Source: Pseudovirgaria hyperparasitica
Taxonomy: Eukaryota
DNA length: 64,000 nucleotides
NCBI GenBank assembly: GCA_010093815.1
Contig: ML996571.1
Strand: one strand, 5' to 3'
Shown: piece by piece, positions 35,448-48,000 of the stretch
Numbering within the stretch: position 1 is the stretch's first letter
Layout: each line of letters begins with the position of its first letter
Notes under the pieces: model-generated
Told to the model about the DNA's origin: nothing
The model's database searches: none
Seen by the model: the letters and a program-made list of their open reading frames with translations, nothing else
Position numbers and translations under genes: made by a program

Positions 35448-38400
35448 TCACCTCTTCCTCCTCGCCCCAAGACCCTTCTTCCCACCTTTCTTGGGGTCTT
35501 TCTTCGCCACAAATACCGGCACATCTTTTAATTGCCAGTCGAGATATTCGACCATATACTCATCAACATGTCTCTTCTCTTCGTCTGGCTGTAGTTTGCT
35601 ATTGCCCTTGGTCTCAAGCATTTCTTTAGTCTTAGTCTCATCAAAATCCGCCAGATCCTCTCTGACCTCCTCGACCTCTTCTTTCCTTGCGTTCTCAAGG
35701 GCACGAACATCTTCGACATCCTCGACCTGCTCAAGCGCCTTACCGACACCAGTGAGATTACCCAGAACGCGGTCCATAGCAGCTGAAGCATCGATGTCGA
35801 GTTCACCGAGTTGCTCTGCTTTCTGAAGGTCTTCTTTGACTTTGACGTCTTTGAAGTCTTTAAGGTGGTCAGTCGTGAAGTCGCCCTGCTGAATAATGAC
35901 GTCATCGAGAAGACGTTTTTGGTTTGATTTGCGCAGAATGTTCATCTCGATGGTGTATTCGCTGACCATGCGATAAATGCGGACGTCGCGGGTTTGTCCA
36001 ATGCGGTGGGCACGATCTTGGCACTGTTTGTCCATGGCGGGATTCCAGTCGAGGTCGTAGAAGATGACGGTGTCAGCGCCGGTCAAATTGAGACCGAGAC
36101 CACCGGAGCGCGAGGACAGGATGAACACCGGGATACGTGTATCTTGATTGAATTGGCTTGTATAGACTTGGCGCTTTTCGATTGGTGTGGAGCCGTCGAG
36201 ACGAAAGTACTTATAGCCATGCACATTCAGAAACTCTTCGAGGATATCAAGAACTTTAGTCATTTGGGTAAAGATAAGGGCGCGATGGCCTTGGGATGTA
36301 AGTTCGCGCAGGAGCAGTGCAAGCTTCTGCAGCTTGCCACAATCGAACTGCAAGAGACGCTTGTCTGGAAAGGCGATGGAGAGGCGGATGCGAGCTTTGT
36401 GAAACGGATCGCGGTCCGGCGGGAATGAGGTTCGAACAGCTGTGACCCCTTCTGGCGAGAGAGAAAGCTCAGCAAGACCGTCAGCCACAACGCTTGGTGT
36501 AATGCATCCAAACTTCTGAACATACGGCTCCATGGCTTGTGCGCGTTGTTCTAGAGTAGGGAGTAGGTCGTGGATTGCACTCGATGTATTGAGGTACCAG
36601 TCAGAAGTCATTTTTCGTTTTTTAGGTTTGGGCGGAGCTAGGCGATTAGGCAGGTCGAGGTACAGAAACTTGACTGTGTCAGAGCCATAAAGAGGCAAGC
36701 TCATGAACTCGAGACCCCTGTAGGTTCGAACCATGGCACTCCTCTGATGAGAAAGTGTGAGGTTAGAGCGAAGTTTATCAAGGCAATCCTGCTCTGCATT
36801 CGCTGCTACATGAGACAGACCTGAGTCGATAGAGCCGTCTAGCACTGGAGAATGTTTGAGGCGCTTGGTCTGCAGAGCAATAAGGTCGTCAAAGACATGA
36901 TGAGTTCGGAGCTGTTGCGCGCGGAATACGTCGTATTTGGTTTGTGGTTCGTAAGAGGTAAACCGCAGATTCAGGAATTCGAGGTTGACGGTTTCATCTT
37001 CACGATCCTTCAGAAGCTTTCTTCGGAAAAGAAGGTCCTTAATCTCATACTCGGCAGCAACTGGCTTGCGCATAGTGAAGGAGGTGACGATTGAGCGGGT
37101 TTCGAATAGGTCGGGGTGGTTGCAAACCTTCCGCAAAGACATGAGGCAGTTCATGATGGACATGTAGTTTCCGGACGACAAGGTCTGTTTCGTGTCCGAA
37201 CGTCCCATGAACCCATCGTAAAGTTGGCGTTGTCGTTTCGAAAGAGAGCAGAATATCACTTCTTCCGACTTTCCAGGCATCTGCTTTTCGACTTCCGCCT
37301 TCATACGTCTCAGGAGGTAGGGCCTCAACACGGTATGTAGTTGGGTGACCTTACTTTGAGCATCAGCATCCAGAACTTCTCGTCCCTGCTCTAGGATCTG
37401 ATTTGTGGGCTGCTTTAGAGCTTGTGTGAAATTGCCAAGATTAGCGAACCCACCCTGCCCATCGTCACCCGCTGGCATGAGGAAGTAAAGCAGCGCCCAT
37501 AACTCTTGGATACTGTTTTGAAGCGGCGTTCCCGTTAACAATAGCCTGCGTTGAGTTTTGAATTTCAACAAGGCTTGCCATCTCTGCGACTGAAAGTTCT
37601 TGATGTTGTGAGCCTCATCCAGAACCAGATAATACCAGTCACGTTTCTTGAACGCAAGCTCATCCTGGAGAATTAGTTGATAGGAAGTAATGACGACGTT
37701 ACCAACCTGATGGAGATGGGAGTTGTACCAGCCACGGCGCTTGTTTTTTCGCTCTTCTTGTGTCCCATAATAAGTCAGGATCTTAAAGCCAGGACAAAAT
37801 TTCTTGAACTCCATCTCCCAATTGAGCATGACACTGGTAGGCACTACAATCAGGTGTGGACCCCATTCGCCTCGTTCTGCGCAATGTGCGAGCAATGCGA
37901 TTGTTTGGATAGTCTTTCCGAGACCCATCTCGTCGGCAAGGATACCGTTTGTTCCGTTTCTCCACTTTTCCGCGAGCCAGTCGAGACCATCGTGCTGGTA
38001 TGGCCTCAATTTTCCACGTAAAAGTGACGGAGTATGGATATCATGCTCGTCCATGGATTGAGGTGTATGCTGCCTCGAGGCTGTTGGACTAGCCATATGA
38101 ACATCAACTTCCATTGAATCGTATTGCCCCTTCTTATCTTCTGTTTCTTGAGCATCGTAATTCGTGGTATTCATCGTATCTGTCGTATCCTTCCTGGTAA
38201 CGACTTGCGTAAGCTCTGCTTTCGGTGATTCCGCAGCTTCGGATTCGTCTAGGGTCGGCCGTTGCAAAGCCTCATCTCGTAGATCCTTATCTAGTGAGAT
38301 TGGAGAAGGTGGCCTGTGGTCCACTTCGAGGTGTCCGTTAGTAAAAGGAAGCACACTAGGCGTGGTAGCTTCCGGAGTATCTTCAGCGGATTGAAGCTCC

Positions 38401-40568
38401 GTTTTGGACATATAGAAGCCGAGTAAAGGAGTAGGCTCTGCTTCGTTTTCTTGATCGCCTTCGTCTTCGACATCCGACTCATTTTCTTCGTCTGAGGATT
38501 CTTCGGTGCTGGATCCTGAATCATCGTCTGAGCCGCTTGCATCCTCTTGATCACTGAGACCCGCCTCAGCAAATACATCTTCCATAGACATAGCCATGAT
38601 GTTTCGGTATTTTGCGCGAAGCTCTTCGGGAGTCAAATCAGCGTCTCCTTTTGAAGTATCCATTGGGGCTCGTTTCTGCGGTGGAGCCGTGGTGTTGTCT
38701 GCATCTCGACTTTGATACGGCGTATCGCTGGTAAGATCGATGGATTTCCAGGACTTGGTATCTGCTGGTGCGATGTCCATAGCATCATTGTCATTGTCTC
38801 CGTTCGGATCCGCGAGCAGTTGACTCGTGTCAACATCCATATCATCTGCAAAGTCTCCGTCGTCCTCATGCTTATCTTTGTCGCCACTATTACTCCCATC
38901 ATCATCATCACTCTGCTCATCTTCGGCGCCGGACTCGTCTACGCTGTCGCCATCGTCAGAATCATCGTTATGGTCGAACTCCGATTGCGTCGCTGACATG
39001 CTAATGACATGCTTGTACTTCTCCTCCAACTGCTCCTTCGACAATTCAGCATCGGAATCAGCATCCGTAATCTCGCCATCGTCTTTGCCATTTGCCGAGC
39101 CACGATCCTCTTGGTCGTCCTCTTCGTCGCTTTCGGGCTCCGAGGAGACTTGTCGGCGATTCAATAACTCTTTCGATTGATCCAGCATCTCATCAAGCGC
39201 TTGTTTCCCCAGTTCATGCTGCTCCTCTTCCCACCTCGCCTTCCGCAACTTGTCTGTATCACCTTGCGCAAGCTTCCACATGGCTTTCAGATCATGCATA
39301 AGTTGCTTCTTGCGTGCCGTGACGAGTTCTTCTAAGGTTGGCTCATGACCACCTCTTCTTTTGCTGAGTTCCGCAACAACGTCTTGTGCATACCTCTTAG
39401 CCCACTGCCGATGCTTAGTCTTTTCTTTCTGGAGCAAGCTTTGGAAGTTGATTGCATGTGCCACTACAAATTCCCAGGTTCCATACTGTGGAGGTGGCTC
39501 CTTGACTGGTTCCGGCTGAAACCTGGAGCACTTGTTTTCACTCAGCGGACCTCCGGGCTCTGCAGCATCAAGGATTCTCATGACTATCCGAGCCCGCCGA
39601 CGCGTGTCGGAATCGGTGGTTCTCTTTTCCTCTTCGCCCTCAAATGGATCTTGCACATTATACCAGTGCTCGAATGACTCAAATTTTCGTGGCTTAGGTA
39701 TCTGTCCAGGGTGTTGAAGTCTTGGCGGACGCGGTGGTAAGCGACGAAGTTTCAACTTGAGTTTCGGTTGGGACGGCGACACTTCTTGATCGACTTGGGC
39801 TGTTGGCTCGGGAGTATCAGACGTTATAACTTCAGGCTTGGGTCTTCTTCTACTCTGGAGTATCTCGACTGTTTCCAGACTGCCTTTCTTCGGTGGCTCC
39901 AAGGTGTACACCCATGTGTCTCTCCTCCGTCTTCCTGCCGGGGGTGCTCTCTTGTTGGTGTCCGGGTTTGGCGGCGAAGAGCCCGGGGCAGGCGGTGGTG
40001 GCATTTGGCTCTGCAGGTAGCTGCTTTTTCTTGGTCGCCCAGGTCCCCTTTTGACAACTGGAGTTGATGCGAGACCAAATGACGCATCCTTGTCTTTTGG
40101 CTTAGGACTGTTACTCACACTTGGCAAAGTATAAGTAGATTTCCCTGTCTGCGGACGCATGACACGCTTTTGTTCGGATTCAGGCTGCGACTGTACTGGG
40201 CTGGTAACGACATTGACTCGTGACGACTTCCTTTTGCCACCTTCGAATATAGTCGTCGGGCCCTCTGCAACAAACTTCTTCCATGGCGGCGATTTTGCAC
40301 GTGGTGTCGAGCTCTTACTCGACGCGTCACCAAGCTTCCGCTTCTTGCCTGGGTTTAATTCGATGCCACCGACCTCCCCTAGCTCTTCTTTCAGTGCCAC
40401 CTCATCCTCTGAATTATTATGCGTTCCATTTGTAGGCGTCTCAGTGGTCTGAACGACGTCTGGTGTACCGTTGTGGACGTTGTTGTTGGGTTCCGATGCA
40501 TGGTGTGGTGGGAAGGACACGATCACGTCCGCATGTTGCTCGGTTTCGTGGTCGTCAGGGTTGGGCAT
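35448..40568 (-). CDS. SWR1: SWR1 chromatin-remodelling SNF2-family ATPase (H2A.Z deposition)
   Basis: AT-hook KRGPGRPRK, HSA-like region, ILADEMGLGKTIQT, LDEAH, a split ATPase with a long insertion, FPDKRLLQFDCGKLQ and QCQDRAHRIGQTRDV. Start taken as the first ATG (MPNPDD), which is uncertain. Confidence 0.95.
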   Translation of the reverse strand: MPNPDDHETEQHADVIVSFPPHHASEPNNNVHNGTPDVVQTTETPTNGTHNNSEDEVALKEELGEVGGIELNPGKKRKLGDASSKSSTPRAKSPPWKKFVAEGPTTIFEGGKRKSSRVNVVTSPVQSQPESEQKRVMRPQTGKSTYTLPSVSNSPKPKDKDASFGLASTPVVKRGPGRPRKSSYLQSQMPPPPAPGSSPPNPDTNKRAPPAGRRRRDTWVYTLEPPKKGSLETVEILQSRRRPKPEVITSDTPEPTAQVDQEVSPSQPKLKLKLRRLPPRPPRLQHPGQIPKPRKFESFEHWYNVQDPFEGEEEKRTTDSDTRRRARIVMRILDAAEPGGPLSENKCSRFQPEPVKEPPPQYGTWEFVVAHAINFQSLLQKEKTKHRQWAKRYAQDVVAELSKRRGGHEPTLEELVTARKKQLMHDLKAMWKLAQGDTDKLRKARWEEEQHELGKQALDEMLDQSKELLNRRQVSSEPESDEEDDQEDRGSANGKDDGEITDADSDAELSKEQLEEKYKHVISMSATQSEFDHNDDSDDGDSVDESGAEDEQSDDDDGSNSGDKDKHEDDGDFADDMDVDTSQLLADPNGDNDNDAMDIAPADTKSWKSIDLTSDTPYQSRDADNTTAPPQKRAPMDTSKGDADLTPEELRAKYRNIMAMSMEDVFAEAGLSDQEDASGSDDDSGSSTEESSDEENESDVEDEGDQENEAEPTPLLGFYMSKTELQSAEDTPEATTPSVLPFTNGHLEVDHRPPSPISLDKDLRDEALQRPTLDESEAAESPKAELTQVVTRKDTTDTMNTTNYDAQETEDKKGQYDSMEVDVHMASPTASRQHTPQSMDEHDIHTPSLLRGKLRPYQHDGLDWLAEKWRNGTNGILADEMGLGKTIQTIALLAHCAERGEWGPHLIVVPTSVMLNWEMEFKKFCPGFKILTYYGTQEERKNKRRGWYNSHLHQVGNVVITSYQLILQDELAFKKRDWYYLVLDEAHNIKNFQSQRWQALLKFKTQRRLLLTGTPLQNSIQELWALLYFLMPAGDDGQGGFANLGNFTQALKQPTNQILEQGREVLDADAQSKVTQLHTVLRPYLLRRMKAEVEKQMPGKSEEVIFCSLSKRQRQLYDGFMGRSDTKQTLSSGNYMSIMNCLMSLRKVCNHPDLFETRSIVTSFTMRKPVAAEYEIKDLLFRRKLLKDREDETVNLEFLNLRFTSYEPQTKYDVFRAQQLRTHHVFDDLIALQTKRLKHSPVLDGSIDSGLSHVAANAEQDCLDKLRSNLTLSHQRSAMVRTYRGLEFMSLPLYGSDTVKFLYLDLPNRLAPPKPKKRKMTSDWYLNTSSAIHDLLPTLEQRAQAMEPYVQKFGCITPSVVADGLAELSLSPEGVTAVRTSFPPDRDPFHKARIRLSIAFPDKRLLQFDCGKLQKLALLLRELTSQGHRALIFTQMTKVLDILEEFLNVHGYKYFRLDGSTPIEKRQVYTSQFNQDTRIPVFILSSRSGGLGLNLTGADTVIFYDLDWNPAMDKQCQDRAHRIGQTRDVRIYRMVSEYTIEMNILRKSNQKRLLDDVIIQQGDFTTDHLKDFKDVKVKEDLQKAEQLGELDIDASAAMDRVLGNLTGVGKALEQVEDVEDVRALENARKEEVEEVREDLADFDETKTKEMLETKGNSKLQPDEEKRHVDEYMVEYLDWQLKDVPVFVAKKDPKKGGKKGLGARRKR

Positions 40569-40953
40569 CGCGCAACGGGCAGCAGACCTACACACCTCCC
40601 TCAGCGGCCCGACGTAGAACTAAATTGACCCAAAGCCGACGTTGCTCAATAGAGAAATTCACGCTGGTAAGGCTCATCTGATCAGAATTAGTGCCAGACG
40701 TCGGGGTGGGGAGTTATTAGCAAAATAAAGGGTAAACTCGTAATTCCGGTGCCAGATGCGGGATGAAAGTCGCGGTCGCTCGAATTTCCATTCTCGATTT
40801 CGCCAAGAAGCAAAGGCTGACTAAGTAGGCCTTGCCCGCCCAGCCGTCCAGCATCACCTTCAACGAATGCTTGCCATACTTGTACGCCGCTAAACTCGTC
40901 AATGCAGCTCGGCACCAGCTGTGACTGATAACTACTCTCTTTGACTGTCTCCA

Positions 40954-41588
40954 ATGGCTTCGGTAATCTCAAGAGGAGTCCTTCGAACCAGTCGCGCGAG
41001 TTGTACACTCATCCCAGCGACCAAATCAGCTATCATACAAGCTCGACCAGCCTCACAATATGCCCGAGGTATACCTTCGGAAGCTGAGTTGGACCCTAAT
41101 ATCACTGATCCAAATATGGTGAGACTCGCATGAGTTTTGCGCCATCAGAAGATGTTTTAATAGCATACATAACAGAACGGCGGCTACATCAACCCACCCC
41201 GTGAGAAACGCCAGTTTCGCGACCCCTACGGCGATTGGCACCACCACCAAAGGCGTAAGAACTTCGGCGAACCAGTCCACGAGGATGATGACGTTCTCGG
41301 CATGTTCTCACCTGAAGAATACACATGGACAAAGCCAGGCAAAGGAGCGCTGATGTTTGGAACATTCATCTTAGCATACATGGGGTTATTAGGTGTGGTA
41401 TACTTGAATTACCCCGATAAGCAAAGCGTGCCAAAATCATATCCTGGAGGTTTGGACGTTGAGCTTGGTGGCAAAGGCTCTTTAAGGGTAATCCCCAGAT
41501 CCTTATTGATTCCGACACGACAGCTAACAACACGTAGGCGAGACAGGAGGGTGATCCGGAGGGTGTGCGGGCCGTTGACAACATATGA
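40954..41588 (+). CDS. NDUFB8: Mitochondrial complex I accessory subunit NDUFB8 (ASHI), 3 exons
   Basis: R/S-rich mitochondrial presequence MASVISRGVLRTSRAS. DPNM|NGGYINPP..KRQFRDPYGDW....RKNFGEPVHEDDDVLGMFSP, one TM helix, then YPGGLDVELGG. Introns 41119-41175 and 41488-41537. Confidence 0.9.
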
Positions 41589-42073
41589 AGTGTAAATATA
41601 CGCAATGCCACTGGTATCAGTATACTGGTTCGAGATATTTACCAATTGGATTTCCTTTGTCAATCTAACGTCATCCTGGTTTGTGAATATCGAACATGGT
41701 TCTCATCCCTACGGGAGTAGAAGTACGTATAACAGTTCCACCGTGTATGGCGCCGGGTATATATTATCCTGCTCTTTACAATAATCCTAACCGTGACTGA
41801 TGCGTGGCTATGCAATCTGCACCCAATTATACGCCGCTGAAATGGCCTCTATATAAAGATAGTAATGGGTGCCGATCTGGCGCCTTCGCTATGCAATATG
41901 GACCAACAAGTATAGGAGAGCAAAAAGAGAGTCCAAATTCAGAACGCTATAACGACGAATATGATTCAAAATATGAGTACGCTCGTACCAACAGCGAAAG
42001 TTGGCATTGATACGTAGAGAGCGAACATGACCACCGAAATTGTACAGGCAGCATCCTCTGTGACGTGAGAATC

Positions 42074-45000
42074 TTAATATCGCTTGTATTTCTGCATCGA
42101 GTTTAGCATCACGAAAGATCGATCGTTCCAGGACATCACTCACATCGGCTACCCGTCGCCGACCCTCGCGGTCAATCTCGTTCCCAACTCCATGCAGAGC
42201 CATACCAACAGCTTTCATCGCACCGCTAGCTGGTCTGAGAATCACAGTTGGCGCTCTTCTTGCAACGGCTAAAGCTGCACCCCCAGGACTACTACTTTCC
42301 ATAACCTCTCCAGGAATAGCGATAATGGCATCTCTGGCAGTAAGAAGATCACGTTCTAGGGAGCGAGCAGCACCTCTTAAGCCAGCCATGACTCCTAGTG
42401 GTTGATCGGCGTAGCTCGACACGGCCCGAGGTGGTGAATCAGATGATGAAGGTGAGCCTGCTAAGTCCTCCCAGTCTTCGTTGCGAGACGGTGACGCAGA
42501 TGTGGTCGCCGGAGACAGGAGACCCTCTGCGCCCTGGAGTACGTTCTGTGTTCCGATAGCCATTCTCGCTCCAAGGCGTGCAAGTTCTGTTGTAGTGGTT
42601 TTTGCGAAGGCCACAGCACCCTTCTGGATACTTCGGACTATGCGTCCGTTTTTCCTATACTCACGCATCGGAATGACGATCAGGTCGCGTACTCCACTAC
42701 CTACGTTGACCAGAGGACGAACAGGTGCAAGGCCAGCAAGAACACCTGGAAGTTGGTTGCGCTTGACGTCTGGCATCCATACGTCATTGAGCATGTCGTG
42801 TACTTTATCAAAACCACTGATGCCGTACAATATACAATGACGAAGTACGATATCGGAAGCATCCAATATGAAAAAGTTCATGAATTCCGTTGAGCGTCCG
42901 GAACGAAGACCTGCGTAATCAACTTTCTTTGGTTTGTAATCAAGTTTGAGCTGGACTGTGTTTACTTCGAGGCGCTGAATGAAAGGTTCTTCAGTTTTGC
43001 TATCTTTAGACGGAGCTGAGTCATCTTTGAATTCGAAAAATCGTGTGATAAAGTCTAGTGCATCCTGGTCAACATGCAATCTCATTGGCAAGACGGACAC
43101 CTGTTCATGTGTTATTTTATAGAGATTACCGAGATATAGAGTGACTTACTTTGATGACAAGCTCGGATGCTGCTAGAGTCGGTACTGGTCGTACGTTGAG
43201 GATCTCTAGATGAATCTGCGGCCTTCCCAGCTCCCGCTCACCAGCATCTCTCATGTATGTGGCGAATTTTCTCCAGGTTGACGTTGGTACATGGTCGAAA
43301 ATATCAAAGTCAGTTACACGCAGGTCGATAGAACTTTGGGTTTCGCCAGTGCCTGGTGGGAAGATAACGATGTCGGCTGAGACTCCAGAGAGCTCAAAAG
43401 AAATCTTGTGATGTCGACTACGTTCCAGACGAAGGCCCTTGCGCGTTGATTTATGAGACCTGGGATGAGCAGTAGACCTAGAGGTTGTCGAGGTTGCGTA
43501 GCTACCCGTCTCACTTGTGAGATCATCAATTTCCCTATTGATCTTCTTCGCGAGAGTACCTCTTTCTTCCCCAACAGGCAAGCTGATCCAGACAGAATTG
43601 AAGAGAAAGTCTTCCTCTATTCGAACTTCGTCGTCCTCTTCAGTACTCAGTCGCTGTCTTCTTTCTTCGGCTCTCTGCTCGACCTTTTCCACGGCCTCAG
43701 TTAATACATCACGAGTTGCAGCCCAGTCGTATCCATCGAACAAATGCCAGATTATTTGGACGTCGCGCACTCGTACTTTCAGTGGGCTAGTGGCTTTAAA
43801 CTCATTTTCCCAGCCATACTGCTTCCTCTCCGAATTCCACTTTCGTGCCTTTCCCTTGGCCTCAGCTTCGGCGCCAAAGTAATTCTCCTCAATGTTGAGT
43901 TCGCTCTGGCTGGAATCGAGCTCGTACCGCTCCTCAAAGCTTTCTAGTAGAGTGCTTTGTCCAATTTGACGAGGTATTTCTGGCCCAGTCAGATCGAATA
44001 AATCATTATCGAGCATCCCATCACCAAGCTCCTCCTCTGAGGGCAGTGGCTCCGGGTTATAGAAGCTCCCGACAAACTCAAGGTTTGCAGGGAGGTCGTC
44101 TTCCATTGTGTCTGCGTCATCCATGATTGAATGGTCCGACCTTTCGGCTTCTTCGGGCACCGAAGTATAATAGTCACCAGTGAAAGATGCCATCATATCG
44201 TCCATTGGCACTACCTGCGTACGATACTGCAGCTCTTTACTTGGGGGCAGAGGGGGCGCAAGGCCGCTTAGAAGTGAGATTAGCGTTTGTGTGGAATCTG
44301 CGCAAGTCTGCATCAGGAACAAGTCGTCTCTGAAGTCAACGCTGACTTCTTGCGAGCCAGAATTCTGCAGGCCAGTGATATTGACTTCAGCGAAAGCGCT
44401 TGAAATAGTGCTTACAGACACGAATCCACGACTGCATAGCTCAGTGACTTGCTTACTGCCTAAGGATGTGTACCTAGGTGGTGTATGTCCTTCGATTTCG
44501 AACGCTGGATTGAAACGTGTGTTGTCATCAATGAGCAGTAGAGAAGCTTTCCTCAATTCGAGCCTCGCGGAGAGTCGACCATCTTTTGGAGGGATCCCTG
44601 TAAATCTGGTTTCTGTGAATACGACCAGAGCTTTCGATGATGCATCCCTGGGATTCAGTCCAATCGCCGAGTCTCGCAAAAGTAGATCCAGTTTGACTTG
44701 TCTCGAAGGCAATCCAGAGTTGACACTCGCTGTGGAGGATTGGCGCGTTAGCGTCGCTGGGTACTCCGGGCTGGTGATGGTTGCAACTGATTCCGCGAGA
44801 CCCGTGGCTATATCTTCTGCAGAGGCGCCATCCTTTAGGGCCAAGAGTGACATTATCGTCGATACCCGGTACTCAATACAAACATTGTGCAGTTTCACTT
44901 TGACAGTCGGTTCCACTTCGTCGCCAACCTTGCGAGCCATAATCATAGGCAAGTCATCAAGTGGGCCATGCTCCATGATCTCATGGATGAGAATCTCATC

Positions 45001-48000
45001 CTCCCCACGCCTTGCAGTTATTCCGGCAACTTCCACGGCCAATAGTGCAGGCCAGCCAACATGAGCCACACGAGTCCCGCGAGTCGCGAGGAATAGGACG
45101 CCGATATTTTCGTTTACATACACACTAGAATCGAACTGTTTGACGTATGCAAGTGTAAGTAGACCAGGTCGATCATCTTCTGGGAGGTACTTTGTAACAG
45201 TGGAGAGTTTCGAGAGCTCTTCGCCCAATCCAGCCAAAACTTGCAAATCACCCGAATCATTGACGTCGATTTTGGCGGAATCCAACGTAAGACGAAGAAT
45301 GGAGCCTTTCTGGCGCTGTCTCAATAATGCATCCACAAGAATGTCATCGTCGTCTTCGTATTTGTCTTTCGAAGGCGTAAGGAGGGTTAAGAGCCGTGTC
45401 AAATCTGTTTCTTCCGGCATGAAGAGGAAGTCAATACGGGTGCCATTCGCAGACAAAGCCAGCGATGCAGTGGCATCGTCAGTCTTGTCCACGTGAGGTC
45501 CCGTTATTTTGATCTGATCAATATGGATTTTGAAACCTGGGCTACGGCCAACTACCTTGATGGCAGTGGTTCTAGCTTGTACAGCACAGCTCTTGCCTTT
45601 GAGGACACATGTCGCCCCTCCAATGCGTGCATTGATTTTCAAGGTCAATCCGAGATCAGTAGCAGGCGCAGGAGGGACACGAGAAAAATGTACACCCCTT
45701 GGACGAGAGACTGGAGGGGCGTGGCGAGGCTGAATAGTACTATTCGAACTCATAGAATTGCCCAACTCTAACATCCCACTAAAGCCACCGAAAGACGTGA
45801 AAGCGTCATCGAGCTTCTGAGTATTCAGGCTTATGCGCACTGGTAATGTGAACACATCCAATCTCGATGAAGCGTTAGTTGACAGGTATTCGATCGTGAT
45901 GTCGGAGCCTGGATCCTTCATTCCTTTGACGAACGGTCTCAGCTTAGCGGAGTCGTCGAAGGCAATTATGTCCTCATTTTGAAGTCCAAACGCCATGCGG
46001 TAAACCGCGAATTTGATCTTGGTCTGGACCGAGCTGATCGAGATATCAGAACGCGTTCCACTTAATCGTAGTTGGAGAATGATGTCATGAGTGTGAGAAT
46101 CCAAGTCGTGATTTTTGGCTACTGACTGTGCTCGCGAGAAACTGGAAGTTGGTATGTTCTCGAGCCAGTGAATAGAGATCTCATTGATTGACACCTTATA
46201 GTCAACAGCTCGCTGTTCGTCATATTCGCGTTTCTCTTCCGATTTCTTCACAGTTGGTTTGTCTTTCGCGAAATCGTCAAATGTCTTCTGCAAAAATTGT
46301 GCAGCCTGGATTAGGAGCTGTCCTACTGTGAGGTCAACATGTGTCTGTACGACGCCAATCTCGAAATCGAATCGAAGAGGCGGAGTTATTTTCTTAGTGT
46401 TGCCATCTATCTGTGAAGAGGGCATATGTGCCGGATCAGGTCTGGACCGCATGCTTGATGGACTTGGCGTACGTTTGTGACTCGTGGTTTGCGAATCGAC
46501 ATACGTCGAATACGCACCTGGCATATCTTGATGCATGGTCTCTTCTCCAAAGACAGTCGACTGGACTAAGTCGTCATGACTCGCTCTGTCGTCGGGTGAA
46601 GCTTGATTATTGCTGGGCCAAGGAAACCACACAGCAATATTGTCTATATGTAGCAGCGGTTTCGTGACTCGCCCGAGAAGCTCCTCGCCTTGGACCGAGG
46701 ATGGAGAGCCAGGGGTAGGCGTAGTATCCAGGGGTTGACTGGGTGATGGCTTCGGTGTGCTAGCACGACTTGCTGAGCGAGGCGTGGCGGTGTAGGCTTC
46801 GTCAACTTCAGTGGCATCGTCCTGCCGTGTCAGTGCTTCCATGACACCACTGTCACTGCTTGCGGTTTCTGATTCCCAACCACCAGGAATATGATGGCCC
46901 CGGGATATTGAAGGAGCCTCGCTATACGCACTCATGTACATGCTCTCAGCATCATCATGGTCGTATATTCGTGATTGGCTTAGGTCCTCAATTGGTGGTG
47001 ATGTTTCATTAGGTATTGCTTCGTCCTGAGGAATCATATATTTCTGTCCGGCAACCTCTAGAGCATGAGCTTTGTTGTCCGTGGTTACATGCTGCTTCGT
47101 TAAATCATCCAGATCTTCACCAAGCTCAGGTACCGAGCTATCTAAGGGGTGTATGGAGGGTGCACTGCCTGCGTCGGAGCTTGTAGATGGAGGTAGATAT
47201 GTTTGGCCTCTAGGGAACAATTCGTCGCCCACACTACCTACGCTGTCCTCGAGAAGCGATGAACCCACACCAGTATCTCCGCTATCAATCCTCGAGTCCC
47301 ACATTCCGTTGTTCATGGCATACATTAGGAAACTGCGGTCTTGTAATATGCTTTCCCCCTCGTCTTCCTCAAAGGGGACTTGAGAGACTTGGGGATCGCG
47401 CACTAAGGGACGTATATCCGTAACCGATATGCTTGGGTCATAATCAGAGGCAGCGTCCGCAAAACGATCATCTTCGTTTGTGGCCTGTGATGCCTCGAGG
47501 TCGGAGTGAACGAGGGGCAGCTCTACACGATCTCTATGGATTATTGGGCTTTCTGGCTGAGGACTGGAGGGTATGGATTCCGACAAGGGGCTCTTTGTGC
47601 TTTGTGATGTTACAGATTGTGAGTTTGATGAGCTTGAAGTAGTCGATCCGGTTGTACGTCTGCTGTGGCCCGACACATTCGATCTAGTATCACCAGGAGA
47701 AGAAGGCCGTGAGTACCTTGACAAGCTTGCGAAAAGTTCAGGAGTAGATATGATTTCGGCACCGATATTTTGAAGCGATATACGCCTTTGTCCATCTCTT
47801 ACACCTTCTCCTGGTGCTTGACTACGATTGGATGCTACCACAAGCTCAGGGGCTGGCGATGCAAGTCCGTCTACGATGGCGCGCTGGATCCAAAAATTCA
47901 TTGAAATGTCCGCAGCCTCGCCAGTTGTCGTCCTCTTGTCTTGCGGTGGTATTTCCGCGTCGAGTCTTATATCAATGCCACTTATGACGACCTCACAGCG

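Noticed and set aside
38590..39060. Duplicated DA.L..E.L..KY motif in SWR1
   Set aside because: A recurrent feature of the acidic linker of SWR1-family proteins as I recall; not novel.
44180..45064. 294-aa + strand ORF
   Set aside because: Antisense shadow of the ATG2 coding exon, with no recognisable motifs.
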